Source of the DNA: Promethearchaeota archaeon
GTDB lineage: Archaea; Asgardarchaeota; Lokiarchaeia; Sigyniarchaeales; SOKP01
Direction: 5' to 3'
NCBI GenBank assembly: GCA_048939015.1
Contig: JBHLPW010000005.1
Coordinates: 9,632-73,631, forward strand
DNA: 64,000 bases
Below are positions 46,124-56,397 of this stretch, one piece after another (the first letter of the stretch is position 1; every line of letters starts with the position of its first letter). Made by a program: the position numbers and the translations under genes. Under the pieces are notes generated by a model, which searched no databases, was not told the origin of the DNA, and saw nothing but the letters and a program-made list of their open reading frames with translations.

Positions 46124-47287
46124 ATGGGAAATCAAATTAAAAAAGTGGGAATTTTAACTGGAGGAGGCGATTGTCCTGGTTTAAATTCAGTAATCTATGG
46201 AATAATGTTAAAAGCCTATGATGCAGGAATTGAGTGTGTGGGAATACTCAAAGGTTGGAAAGGGTTTCTAGAAAATCAAACAATTTCTCTTGATATTGCA
46301 GAACATGACGACCTGCATACTGTTGGTGGAACTATTTTGTACACAAGTAGAACTAATCCATTTAAAAATGTTGACTCGAAAGAAGAAAAAGCTAAAGAAT
46401 TGAAGAATAAATTTGAAGAGTTAGGAATTGATGCCTTAATAGCAATTGGAGGAGACGACACGCTGGGAGTAGCGAATACTATGTATACTTTAGCTAATGC
46501 TAAAGTAGTAGGTTGCCCTAAAACGATAGATAATGATATAATTGGAACGCATTATACATTTGGATTTTGGAGTGCTGTACAACTAGCCTCAAATACTCTT
46601 GATAATCTTACGACAACTGCGCGTTCACATCAGAGGGTATTTGTTGTAGAAATAATGGGGAGAGATGCTGGTTTTTTAACAATGTATAGCGGGATATCTG
46701 CTGGTGCAGATATAATTTTAATTCCTGAGACTCCATTTGATTTAGAGAAAGATATTGTTGATGTTTTGAAAAATAGAGTGAATGCTGGATATAAATACCA
46801 TATTATTGCTACCTCAGAAGGAGCATATCCTAAATTAGAATCATTAAATAGAGATTTTAAAACTATATCAAAAGACACAATTGATAAATTACCTAAGGAC
46901 ACTTTTGGAAATCCATTATTAACCAAATTAGGTATGTCTAATATTATTGTTGATGAACTAAATTTAAGAGATGATTTAAAAAAAGAATTTCAAAAAAATG
47001 GTATAGATTTTGAGTGTAGAAGTGTAGTTCTTGGGCATACTATGCGTGCTGGGACTCCAAATTCATTTGATAGAATCTTAGGATTAAGATTTGGCTTAGC
47101 TGCAATGAAGCTCATTTTAGATGGAAAGTTCGGCTACATGGTGTCCCTTCAAGGGAATAAAATTAAAACCCTACCTTTATCAGAAGGAGTAGGGAAGAAA
47201 TACCTTACACAAGAAAATGATAAAATGGAACTGCGTGATTTACTTGTAAAAATAAGGTATATGTCTAAAAGACAAGACAATGAATGA
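46124..47287 (+). CDS. 6-phosphofructokinase, likely PPi-dependent
   Basis: TGGGDCPGLN, GGDDT, PKTIDND, MGRDAG, LGHTMRAG; Asp/Lys signature of PPi-PFK. Confidence 0.92.
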   Translation: MGNQIKKVGILTGGGDCPGLNSVIYGIMLKAYDAGIECVGILKGWKGFLENQTISLDIAEHDDLHTVGGTILYTSRTNPFKNVDSKEEKAKELKNKFEELGIDALIAIGGDDTLGVANTMYTLANAKVVGCPKTIDNDIIGTHYTFGFWSAVQLASNTLDNLTTTARSHQRVFVVEIMGRDAGFLTMYSGISAGADIILIPETPFDLEKDIVDVLKNRVNAGYKYHIIATSEGAYPKLESLNRDFKTISKDTIDKLPKDTFGNPLLTKLGMSNIIVDELNLRDDLKKEFQKNGIDFECRSVVLGHTMRAGTPNSFDRILGLRFGLAAMKLILDGKFGYMVSLQGNKIKTLPLSEGVGKKYLTQENDKMELRDLLVKIRYMSKRQDNE

Positions 47288-47540
47288 AATTAGAGGAATT
47301 CTTTTTGCTATAACAAAGGGAAAAGGTACACGTTCGGAAGGACCTGAATATTTCATTAAACCATTGGATGATTATAAACAAAGATGGTCTGAAGTTCTTA
47401 TTAGGAAAAAAACTCATCTTTGGCAAAAAGATCCTGTATTACATAAATTTTTAGATAAAGAAGTATTGATAATTGGAGATATAATTGAGACAAAGAGTAC
47501 AATTTCTGTTGACTATTCAGAAGTCAAAATTTTAGAATGA
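47280..47540 (+). CDS. Hypothetical small beta-rich protein
   Basis: 86-aa ORF overlapping the pfk stop; 'GKGTRSEGPEY'. Confidence 0.7.
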   Translation: MNEIRGILFAITKGKGTRSEGPEYFIKPLDDYKQRWSEVLIRKKTHLWQKDPVLHKFLDKEVLIIGDIIETKSTISVDYSEVKILE

Positions 47541-47562
47541 TCGTGAAACTCAACTTTCACGA
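47541..47562. terminator. Inverted repeat between convergent genes
   Basis: TCGTGAAA-CTCAAC-TTTCACGA directly after the stop codon. Confidence 0.45.
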
Positions 47563-47657
47563 AGAATTATTTAGTTTTCTAATTTAGTTATCTATATATT
47601 TTCTCTTTCTAATTGATTTTGGTTAGCGTTCCTGTCATTTATTTTGTTTAAAATTGT

Positions 47658-48902
47658 TTAACCATAATGTTTTTCTTGTTCAGCCCTAGCATCCAGAGCA
47701 TCTAATTCAATATCTCGACCAACCCATTTTTCACTTAATATTTCCTTGTAATATTCATGTTGGATTATTAAATTCATAATTTCCGTTGTACCTGTCCATA
47801 TTTCACCTATTCTAGCGTCTCGCAATAAGCGTTCAATAGGATAAACTGTTGTATAACCAATTCCCCCCATGATTTGCATAGAATTATTAATTACTTTCCA
47901 ACATGATTTAGTTGAGAATTTCTTTGCTTCTGAGACTAACCTTCTTTGAAGAGCAGGTGGAGCTCCAGCATCAATACTTTTTGCAGTATTGTATACAATA
48001 GCTCGAGTGGCATCTAATAAGGTAATACTATCTGCTAAAAGAAAACTAACACCTTGAAAATTTCTTATCGTTTGCCCAAAAGCTTTTCTTTTAGTGCTAT
48101 ATTTTGTAGCAATTCTTAAACAAGCTCTAGCAAGACCAATAAACCCTGAAGCTGTAGTTAAACGCTCTGGAACCATCATTTGATAAAAAATCTTTCCACC
48201 AGCACCTTCCTCAAGTATAACATTTTCTTTAGGAACAATAACATTATCAAATTTTATTCTGCCTGCACCACCGCCTCTAGTCCCAAGTATACCATAAAGA
48301 TATTCAACAGACACATTATCAGTTCGATCTACTATTAATAAACTTAAAGATTTATGAGGATCTGCTTCTGACTTTAAATCAGTTTTCGCATAAACTAAAA
48401 AGAAATCAGCACCTTCCGCTCCTACTACAAAACGTTTTTCTCCATTTAAGATATAATGGTCTTCATCTTTTATAGCTGTACATGTAGCTCCAAAGAAATC
48501 AGATCCCCCTCTAGGCTCAGTTAATGCTTCAGCAGTGAATTTTTTCCCTTCACACATTGGTTTAAGATATTTCTTTTTTTGTTCCTCTGTACCAAAGATA
48601 TTTAACGCTTCTCCACATATACTGGGTAGAGAAAATAAACATGCTAGAGAACTCCCCAATACTCCAATTTCTTCTTGAGCAATTATTTCACTTTCCCAAT
48701 TCAATCCTCGTCCACCGTATTCTTTTGGGAATCTTATTCCTATTAGATTTTCTTTAGCTAAAGCATTCAACCATTCAGTAGGATATTGAATTTCATCCCT
48801 ATCCATCTTTTTTAATAATGAAGGAGTAACTGCATTTTTTACAAAAGATCGTACTTCTTCTCTGAACAGTTTGTTTTTTTCACTTAGTAAATAATCATAC
48901 AT
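47658..48902 (-). CDS. Acyl-CoA dehydrogenase
   Basis: [46 protein letters not shown]. Confidence 0.93.
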   Translation of the reverse strand: MYDYLLSEKNKLFREEVRSFVKNAVTPSLLKKMDRDEIQYPTEWLNALAKENLIGIRFPKEYGGRGLNWESEIIAQEEIGVLGSSLACLFSLPSICGEALNIFGTEEQKKKYLKPMCEGKKFTAEALTEPRGGSDFFGATCTAIKDEDHYILNGEKRFVVGAEGADFFLVYAKTDLKSEADPHKSLSLLIVDRTDNVSVEYLYGILGTRGGGAGRIKFDNVIVPKENVILEEGAGGKIFYQMMVPERLTTASGFIGLARACLRIATKYSTKRKAFGQTIRNFQGVSFLLADSITLLDATRAIVYNTAKSIDAGAPPALQRRLVSEAKKFSTKSCWKVINNSMQIMGGIGYTTVYPIERLLRDARIGEIWTGTTEIMNLIIQHEYYKEILSEKWVGRDIELDALDARAEQEKHYG

Positions 48903-49000
48903 TTTTGATACTCTTTTTAAGATATATTGCGATTTAGTAATGATTGATTCAATAAAAATAATAATTTGATCTAATATTTGGATTTAATAATGGGTTTTTC

Positions 49001-49047
49001 AAGTTCAAAGTTCAATCAAAGTTCAAAAATTTAAACTATATATACCT
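49001..49047 (+). promoter_or_regulatory. Three AAGTTCA direct repeats upstream of TATA-like box (MFS copy 1)
   Basis: aagttcaaagttcaatcaaagttcaaaaatttaaactatatatacc; conserved upstream of the second MFS gene. Confidence 0.5.
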
Positions 49048-49165
49048 CTCAACATTATTTTTAACACAGGATAACATTTTTACGGAATATCTTCACGATA
49101 ATTATATTTCTAAAAACTATAACTCTATACTCTTTAAAATCTAAATCTTAATTAGAGGATGTATC

Positions 49166-50437
49166 ATGTTTAAAAAAATTAAAAGCACATATAGGGAATA
49201 TCCTAACGCGTTTAAAGTGCTAATATTAGCCACTTTTATTGATCGCCTAGGAGCTTTCATTTTATTTCCTTTTTATTCTCTGTATATAACCTCGCATTTT
49301 GGAGTGGGTATGATTGAAGTGGGTATCCTATTTTCAATTTTTTCAGCTGGAAATATATTTGGTAGTACAATTGGAGGTGCTTTAGCGGATAAATATGGTC
49401 GTCGTGCTATGATCCTTTTTGGTTTAGTTGTTAGTGGTGTAGGAAGCATCTTTATGGGACTAGTCAATGATTTAACTATTTTTTATATACTCGCTATATT
49501 TTTAGGTTTGGTAGGAAATTTTGGAGGTCCTGCAAGACAAGCTATGGTAGCAGATTTGCTTCCACGGGAAAAGCAAGCAGACGGATATGGCTTTTTAAGA
49601 ATAGCGCTTAATCTTTCAGCAGTGATAGGTCCTATTCTTGGAGGATTTATAGCTACTCAATCTTATTTGTTATTATTTATTCTGGACGCTGTGAGTAGTA
49701 TAATCACTGCTTTTATTGTATATGCGGTTATTCCTGAGACAAAGCCTCAAAAACTTGATGATGAACCAGAAGAATCAGTGGTAAAAACCATGATAGGATA
49801 CAAAGAAGTGTTAAAAGATTGGAAATATATGTTATTTCTTTTAGTATCTGCGATAACAGTTCTGGTTTACATGCAAATGAATAGTACATTATCTGTATTC
49901 TTAAGGGATGTGCATGGGTTCCCAGAACAGGGTTTTGGCTGGTTGTTGAGTATGAATGCAATCATGGTGGTAATATTTCAATTTGGGATTACTAGGATGA
50001 TTTCTAAATATGCTCCAATGAAGGTAATGGCTTTTGGAAGTGTATTTCTTTTAGTTGGCTTTGGCATGTATGGTTTTATTTCAGAAGTTTACATGTTTTT
50101 TATTGCTATGGCGATAATCACAATAGGTGAAATGATTGTTTTTCCTGTTGGGCAAGTTGCTGCAGCATCATTTGCTCCTGAAGATAAAAGAGGACGATAT
50201 ATGGCGGTGTATGGTTTTCAATGGGCGATTCCAAATCTATTTGGGATTTTATTAATGGGAATAGTCATGGAAAACATTGGACCATTATGGGTATGGTATA
50301 TAGCAGCATTTTTATCTTTGATTTCAGTATTAGGCTTTTGGCTACTTAATGGAGTTACCAAGAAACGTTTTTCAAAAGAGGAAAAACCTTTGGAAGAAGA
50401 ATTGATAGAGTATAGCATCTCTTCAGTCGAAAAATAA
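49166..50437 (+). CDS. MFS transporter (DHA/YqjV-like)
   Basis: 12 TM; motif A GGALADKYGRR; GPILGG; RGRYM. Confidence 0.92.
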   Translation: MFKKIKSTYREYPNAFKVLILATFIDRLGAFILFPFYSLYITSHFGVGMIEVGILFSIFSAGNIFGSTIGGALADKYGRRAMILFGLVVSGVGSIFMGLVNDLTIFYILAIFLGLVGNFGGPARQAMVADLLPREKQADGYGFLRIALNLSAVIGPILGGFIATQSYLLLFILDAVSSIITAFIVYAVIPETKPQKLDDEPEESVVKTMIGYKEVLKDWKYMLFLLVSAITVLVYMQMNSTLSVFLRDVHGFPEQGFGWLLSMNAIMVVIFQFGITRMISKYAPMKVMAFGSVFLLVGFGMYGFISEVYMFFIAMAIITIGEMIVFPVGQVAAASFAPEDKRGRYMAVYGFQWAIPNLFGILLMGIVMENIGPLWVWYIAAFLSLISVLGFWLLNGVTKKRFSKEEKPLEEELIEYSISSVEK

Positions 50438-50473
50438 TCTACTCTTAGGAAAATTATTTAAAATTAATATTAT

Positions 50474-50520
50474 GAAGTTCATAGTTCATTTAAAGTTCAA
50501 TAAATTAAACTATATATACC
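50474..50520 (+). promoter_or_regulatory. Three AGTTCA direct repeats upstream of TATA-like box (MFS copy 2)
   Basis: gaagttcatagttcatttaaagttcaataaattaaactatatatacc. Confidence 0.5.
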
Positions 50521-50639
50521 TATAATTATTATTTTAAAATACTGTATAGCTTATTTATGGAATATTTAAAATATTTTATATTTCTAAAAACTATACCTCT
50601 ATACTCTTTTAAATTCAAATCTTAATAAGAGGATATATC

Positions 50640-51908
50640 ATGTTTACAAATATTAAAAGTACATATAGGGAATATCCAAGAGCATTTAAAGTTTTGACCC
50701 TAGCCACTTTCATAGACATGTTAGGAAGTTTCTTGTTGTATCCCTTTTTCTCACTGTATATAACTTCGCGTTTTGGCGTTGGAATGATTGAAGTAGGATT
50801 CCTGCTATCAATCAACTCAGTAGGAAATATGATTGGTGGTATGTTTGGAGGAGCATTAGCTGATAAATATGGTCGTCGAAAAATGATCCTATTTGGGCTA
50901 ATTGTAAGTGGGATTGGAAGCGTTTTGTTGGGTTTAGTTGACAACTTATATGTTTTTTATATGCTTGCAGCGTTTTTAGGCTTAGTAGGAAGTTTTGGAG
51001 GTCCTGCACGACAAGCAATGGTGGTGGATCTACTTCCTAAAGAAAAGCAAACAGAAGGGTTTGGTATCCAACGAGTTGCTTTTAACCTTTCAGCAGTGAT
51101 AGGTCCTCTCCTTGGTGGATTCTTAGCATCTCATTCCTATATGTTATTATTTATTTTAGACGCTATAAGTAGTATAATCACTGCTTTTATTGTATATGCG
51201 GTTATTCCTGAGACGAAACCTCAAAAACTGGATGATGAACCAGAAGAAACAATGGTAAAAACTCTAATAGGATATAAAGAAGTGTTAAAAGATTGGAAAT
51301 ATATGTTATTTCTTTTAGTATCTGCGATAACAGTTTTGGTTTACATGCAAATGAATAGTACCTTAGCTGTATTCTTAAGGGATTATCATGCATTTCCTGA
51401 GCAAGGTTTTGGTTTATTATTGAGCATGAATGCAGCTATGGTAGTATTTTTTCAATTTTGGATAACTAGAAAGATTTCAAAATATGCTCCAATGAAAGTA
51501 ATGGCGTTTGGAACTATATTCCTGATGATAGGCTTTGGTATGTATGGATTTATTGCGGAACCTTATCTATTTTTTGTCGCGATGGCTATCATTACTATAG
51601 GAGAAATGATTGTTTATCCTACAGGACAAAGTTCTGCAGCATCTTTCGCTTCGGAGGATAAGCGAGGTCGTTATATGGCGGTTTTTGGTTTTCAGTGGAT
51701 GATTCCGAATATGTTTGGAGTTATAGCTGCTGGAATTATAATGGAACAAATCGGTCCAAATTGGGTATGGTATTTAGCCGGAATTCTATCTTTTATATCA
51801 ACAGTAGGCTTTTGGCTGCTTCATGGAATAACCAAAGAAACTTCTTCAAAAGAATTAGATCATATGAACGAAGAATTGCTTGAATATACAAATCCTTCAA
51901 TCGAATGA
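50640..51908 (+). CDS. MFS transporter, tandem paralog
   Basis: Highly similar to 49166-50437; same motifs. Confidence 0.92.
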   Translation: MFTNIKSTYREYPRAFKVLTLATFIDMLGSFLLYPFFSLYITSRFGVGMIEVGFLLSINSVGNMIGGMFGGALADKYGRRKMILFGLIVSGIGSVLLGLVDNLYVFYMLAAFLGLVGSFGGPARQAMVVDLLPKEKQTEGFGIQRVAFNLSAVIGPLLGGFLASHSYMLLFILDAISSIITAFIVYAVIPETKPQKLDDEPEETMVKTLIGYKEVLKDWKYMLFLLVSAITVLVYMQMNSTLAVFLRDYHAFPEQGFGLLLSMNAAMVVFFQFWITRKISKYAPMKVMAFGTIFLMIGFGMYGFIAEPYLFFVAMAIITIGEMIVYPTGQSSAASFASEDKRGRYMAVFGFQWMIPNMFGVIAAGIIMEQIGPNWVWYLAGILSFISTVGFWLLHGITKETSSKELDHMNEELLEYTNPSIE

Positions 51909-51933
51909 ACAATTTTTAATTTTTATCTTATAA

Positions 51934-53085
51934 TCAATTCTCAATCTCAAATATAATCTTAAGATATTCATATTTTGAATTTAGTAATTTCAAAAGTTTT
52001 TTAGTAAAATTTCTGAGGTTCTCTGCTTGATTCTTCTTTTCGTCTATCTGTTCAAGTAAAAAATCATGTATCATATTTCTTGTATTAGGAGGTCCATTTT
52101 TTTTTAAATAATTCATCCAATGAATTGACATTCTACAAATCTTTTCCAAATCCTCATCCGAATATTCATTTACATCAAGAATTCTTTCATAATATCTGTT
52201 TATAGCATTACTCACCCTCTCCAAGTAATCAGCAGTACCTAATGAATATCTACATAAGCTAATAAGATTTGAAGTTATTCTAGAGTTTCTTGTGTTAGTT
52301 GCTGCTTCAAAAGATTCCCAAACATCATTCCATTCTGATTTTGTATCCTCTATAAGCTCTCTATTATATAACACAACATTCATAATATCACTAAGATCAA
52401 CATCATGACCTCTTTTCAACTTTTTATTGAATATCTCTTTCAAACCTGTTCCTTCAAGATAACTTCCAGCACCAAAATCAAGTAATTGATTTAAATTATT
52501 AGCTGCACAAAGAGCTTCATGTCTTACTTCACCAGTATCGGGATTAGTCCATTGAACGTGCTTTTCAAATTCACCAGTTTCTTTATTCTTAATCCACCCA
52601 CATTCTTTTAAAGCATGATCTAAAACACCTACCTGAAAGCACCAGAAATCTATATCATCTGTAAAGCGTTTCCTTCTCCAATCTCTTGAAGTAAATTTAC
52701 CTAAGTATAGCTTTAGAGTACCTCGAACTATTGCTTTCTTTCCATCCTTTAAAGCTTTCTTAGCATTCTCACAGTATGGATTACTTGAATCTTCAGAACA
52801 ATCATTAATATAGTTTAAAACTTTCCTTGCTTCACCCGCTACAATATCACAAGGAATACTCCCATCTGAAGGATAGCTTCTTGATCCTCCATCTAGATAC
52901 TTTCTAAATAACTCCAAATCATTATTAGGAATTTTGTACCATGGATTATTAAATATAGTCATAGAGAATTTATAGTGGGTAATACCATTTTCATCTTTTT
53001 TAGTTTCTTCGATTATAGGCGAGACATCTCTAAGATTATCTCCTTTGTGTACTGCATCTGCTTTAATATCCCAAACTATTGTCAT
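51934..53085 (-). CDS. Putative nucleotidyltransferase (AbiEii/Pol-beta superfamily-like)
   Basis: IVRGTLKLYL...RFTDDIDFW and KLKRGHDVDLSDI resemble the G-G...R-x-T-x-D-x-D and K...R..D..D motifs. Confidence 0.6.
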   Translation of the reverse strand: MTIVWDIKADAVHKGDNLRDVSPIIEETKKDENGITHYKFSMTIFNNPWYKIPNNDLELFRKYLDGGSRSYPSDGSIPCDIVAGEARKVLNYINDCSEDSSNPYCENAKKALKDGKKAIVRGTLKLYLGKFTSRDWRRKRFTDDIDFWCFQVGVLDHALKECGWIKNKETGEFEKHVQWTNPDTGEVRHEALCAANNLNQLLDFGAGSYLEGTGLKEIFNKKLKRGHDVDLSDIMNVVLYNRELIEDTKSEWNDVWESFEAATNTRNSRITSNLISLCRYSLGTADYLERVSNAINRYYERILDVNEYSDEDLEKICRMSIHWMNYLKKNGPPNTRNMIHDFLLEQIDEKKNQAENLRNFTKKLLKLLNSKYEYLKIIFEIEN

Positions 53086-53192
53086 ACGAGATAATATATA
53101 GAATGTAATTTTTAAAAATTGTTAATTTAAAATATAAAATTCATTTTTAAACATGGAATCTATTGATATTATATTATTAATCATAAAAGAAC

Positions 53193-53882
53193 ATGAAGCA
53201 AATGAATTTTTTCAAAGTATTTACATTAACTCCTTGGGATTCGCTTAATTCAGAAACTTTAACTGAAGTTAAACTATACTCATTAAAGAATATATTTAAC
53301 ACATTTCCCGTAATCGAACCTGAGTTTTTCGATGATTTACTCTCAAATTTATACAATTTCAAACACTATTCCTGGGTTGAGAGCATTAAGAGAATAGTTG
53401 GACCGAGTGATGAAGATTATGATATTAAACCTTGGAATTTAATGTGGGGCATGGATAATGAAAGACGAATATTCCAATTCTTATTTCAAAAAGTTAAAGA
53501 TGATTTAAAAGATTCAAAGGCAACCTTAGTAGCATTAGCTCCACCAGAATTAGGCAAATTATTTAGTCAACATAAAGAAGAAGCAATATTTCGAACTTTT
53601 TCCTTGCTTAATAATCCCAAAAAAATGAAATTCTTAATGATTTTAGCGCCTAAAGGAAAATCTCTTGCTGAAGAACAACCAATTTTCCAAATAAGTAAGG
53701 GAAGTTTAGATAAGCTTAAATTTGAAAATATGCTTAAGCAGATGCCAAATATTAAAGGACAATGGTTTCCCGAGTATTCACTTCGTTGTCCAAATTGTAA
53801 TAAATTAATCACAGAGATAAAGGGATTTAATATAGGGTTTCTTAAACTAAAATGTCCTTATTGTGGTTATCAAAAGTTATAA
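53193..53882 (+). CDS. Hypothetical protein with C-terminal Zn-ribbon
   Basis: CPNC...CPYCG at the C-terminus. Confidence 0.75.
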   Translation: MKQMNFFKVFTLTPWDSLNSETLTEVKLYSLKNIFNTFPVIEPEFFDDLLSNLYNFKHYSWVESIKRIVGPSDEDYDIKPWNLMWGMDNERRIFQFLFQKVKDDLKDSKATLVALAPPELGKLFSQHKEEAIFRTFSLLNNPKKMKFLMILAPKGKSLAEEQPIFQISKGSLDKLKFENMLKQMPNIKGQWFPEYSLRCPNCNKLITEIKGFNIGFLKLKCPYCGYQKL

Positions 53883-53984
53883 TATGCCATAATATTCTAA
53901 AAAAATGCTTTAAAATGATTTTTATTCGATCATCTGATCTATAACTTATTATCAAAATTAAAATTAGAATAAATTATTTTAAAT

Positions 53985-55508
53985 ATGTTTGTTGCAGCGT
54001 TAGATTTAGGGACAACAGGATGTCGAACATATATTTTTGATTTAGCAGGTACTATAATTGCCAGTGATTATCAAGAATGGGAAAGTTATTATCCTTCACC
54101 ATCATTTGTGGAACAAGATGCTAATATTTGGTGGGAATCTATTAAAAAGACAACAGAACAAGCAATAAAAAAGAGTGGAATTGATAAAACGGATATTGTT
54201 AGCCTTTCTGTTACTAATCAACGTGAAACAATTGTCCCTGTAGATAAAGAAGGTAACCCACTTCATAATGCCTTGGTATGGCAAGATAGAAGAACAATAG
54301 ACCAAGTGGAATTTATAAAATCAAAAATAGGGATAGACAAAATTTATGAAACTACCGGATTGACAATCGATCCTTACTTTTCTGCGACAAAGATCCTATG
54401 GTTTAAAGATAAAAAACCAGAAATATATCAAAAAGCTCATAAATTCTTACTCGTTTCGGATTTTATTATTCACAAATTAACTGGTAGATTTACTACAGAC
54501 TTTTCAAACGCTTCACGTACAATGTTATTTGATATTAATAAAATGTCATATTCAGAAGAAATTGCATCAGAATTGGGAATAGATTTAGACAAAATGCCAG
54601 AAGCTTTAGAAAGCGGTGTTGATATTGGCGAAATTGTTAATGATGAAATTTCATTCGATAAGAAAACATTAGTCGTTACAGGAGCAGGAGATCAGCAGTC
54701 TGCTGCCTTAGGTGTTGGAGTTGTAGCTCCTGGAGAAATAAAATGCACCACAGGAACGGGTAGTTTTATTTTAGCGTTTTTATCCCAACCTAAATTTGAT
54801 CCTGAGAAGCGAGTCTTATGTAGCTGCCATGCAGTTCCGGGTACTTGGGTTCAAGAAGCAAGTATTTTTACAACTGGAGCTGTACTAAGGTGGTTTAGGG
54901 ATCAAATTGGGCATGCTGAATGCACTGCTGCTCAAGAAGGTCAAGATCCTTATGATATTATTACCACAGAGGCAGAAAAATCTCCTATTGGTGCAAATGG
55001 TTTAATTCTTATTCCTCATTTCGTTGGTTCTGGAGCACCCCATTGGAATCCACTTGCAAAAGGAATAATCTTTGGATTAGCCTTGGGACATGAACGCAAG
55101 GATCTTTATAGAGCAGTACTTGAAGGTGTAGCCTTCGAAATAAGAAAAAATATAGAAGTCTTTAAAGAATTGGGAATTGAACCAAAAGAATTAATGCTAA
55201 CTGGGGGAGGTTCCCGTTCTGATTTGTGGAATCAAATTTATGCCGATGTTTTAGGTATTACATGTGTCAGAAATATTATTGAAGAATCAACATCATTAGG
55301 TGCCGCAATATTAGCGGCTTCAGGAGCGGGAATATTTCAAGATATTGCAAAAGCAGCTGAGAACTTATGCAAAGTTGATAAAAAGTGGCTTCCGAATGAT
55401 GATCGACATGAATTCTATCAGAAGTTGTATCGTCTTTCATATGAAATGTATGATAATATTAATAGTAAAAATATATATCAAAAACTCAATGATCTCATAA
55501 TAAAATAG
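53985..55508 (+). CDS. FGGY family carbohydrate kinase (xylulokinase/glycerol kinase-like)
   Basis: LDLGTTG, TNQRET, WQDRR, TDFSNASRT, GDQQSA, GTGSF, GAPHW. Confidence 0.93.
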   Translation: MFVAALDLGTTGCRTYIFDLAGTIIASDYQEWESYYPSPSFVEQDANIWWESIKKTTEQAIKKSGIDKTDIVSLSVTNQRETIVPVDKEGNPLHNALVWQDRRTIDQVEFIKSKIGIDKIYETTGLTIDPYFSATKILWFKDKKPEIYQKAHKFLLVSDFIIHKLTGRFTTDFSNASRTMLFDINKMSYSEEIASELGIDLDKMPEALESGVDIGEIVNDEISFDKKTLVVTGAGDQQSAALGVGVVAPGEIKCTTGTGSFILAFLSQPKFDPEKRVLCSCHAVPGTWVQEASIFTTGAVLRWFRDQIGHAECTAAQEGQDPYDIITTEAEKSPIGANGLILIPHFVGSGAPHWNPLAKGIIFGLALGHERKDLYRAVLEGVAFEIRKNIEVFKELGIEPKELMLTGGGSRSDLWNQIYADVLGITCVRNIIEESTSLGAAILAASGAGIFQDIAKAAENLCKVDKKWLPNDDRHEFYQKLYRLSYEMYDNINSKNIYQKLNDLIIK

Positions 55509-55659
55509 AGGATTTCATTGAGGATAGAGACATTCCTCATAATAATCAATTTTATATAGTTTAAATGTTATCTTTTCTATAATCAAAACTTCTTAGTATT
55601 ATATTAAGCATAAAATCTTATATAATACAGAAAAAAATAGAGAAGAAAAAGCATAGAGA

Positions 55660-56274
55660 GTGAAAAAAATGGAATATAATTCTTCACCTGTAGTAAAAGA
55701 ATATTCAAAGAATCAAAGAATGGTTGCTTTAATATTTTACATATTAATAGTCGGTGCGAGTATAGTTACAATAGGAGGAGTAGTATGGACATTTGCAGAC
55801 ATTTTTATCGGTACAACTGGAAAATGGGAGTTATACTTAGATCTTAATTTAGGATATCAGATCGCTATTATTGGAGGACTTTTAGCAGGTTTATTTTTCC
55901 TTTTGATTTTCTTTTTCGGATTATTTAAGAAGACCTCAAAATCATTGATAAACTTTATTTATAGAAAGAGGGAGCTTGAGCAAAAATATAAAGATCGTAT
56001 TGATGTAAAAATTGCAGCTGGTGGATTAATTATCAGTTTAATAGCTATTATAATCGGGGTTATTTTTGCCGTTGTCTTAGAATTATTAAATATTTCTGCT
56101 GGAGGATCCTCATCACTTCTAACGTTTTTAGGAAGTACAGGACCTTGGGTATTATTTATTGGAGTTGCGCTCTTTTCGATTGTTGGCGTCTCCCTGTTCA
56201 TGATCTATTTCTGGAAAAATGGATTTTATTTAATACTTAGATTAATTGGTGCGATCGAAAAGGAGCAGAAGTAA
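55660..56274 (+). CDS. Membrane protein with internal duplication (2 x 2 TM)
   Basis: Two similar halves ending G..I..IG......F......KK/KN...I..I. Confidence 0.75.
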   Translation: MKKMEYNSSPVVKEYSKNQRMVALIFYILIVGASIVTIGGVVWTFADIFIGTTGKWELYLDLNLGYQIAIIGGLLAGLFFLLIFFFGLFKKTSKSLINFIYRKRELEQKYKDRIDVKIAAGGLIISLIAIIIGVIFAVVLELLNISAGGSSSLLTFLGSTGPWVLFIGVALFSIVGVSLFMIYFWKNGFYLILRLIGAIEKEQK

Positions 56275-56397
56275 TAATATCCTTATTTTTTTTATTAAAT
56301 CAGAAATTTTATGCTCTTTTATTTTTTTTATGTCTATAATTTCTCTAATAAATTCAAATAATTATTTTAATCAATCTTATTTGACCTATTTGATAAT

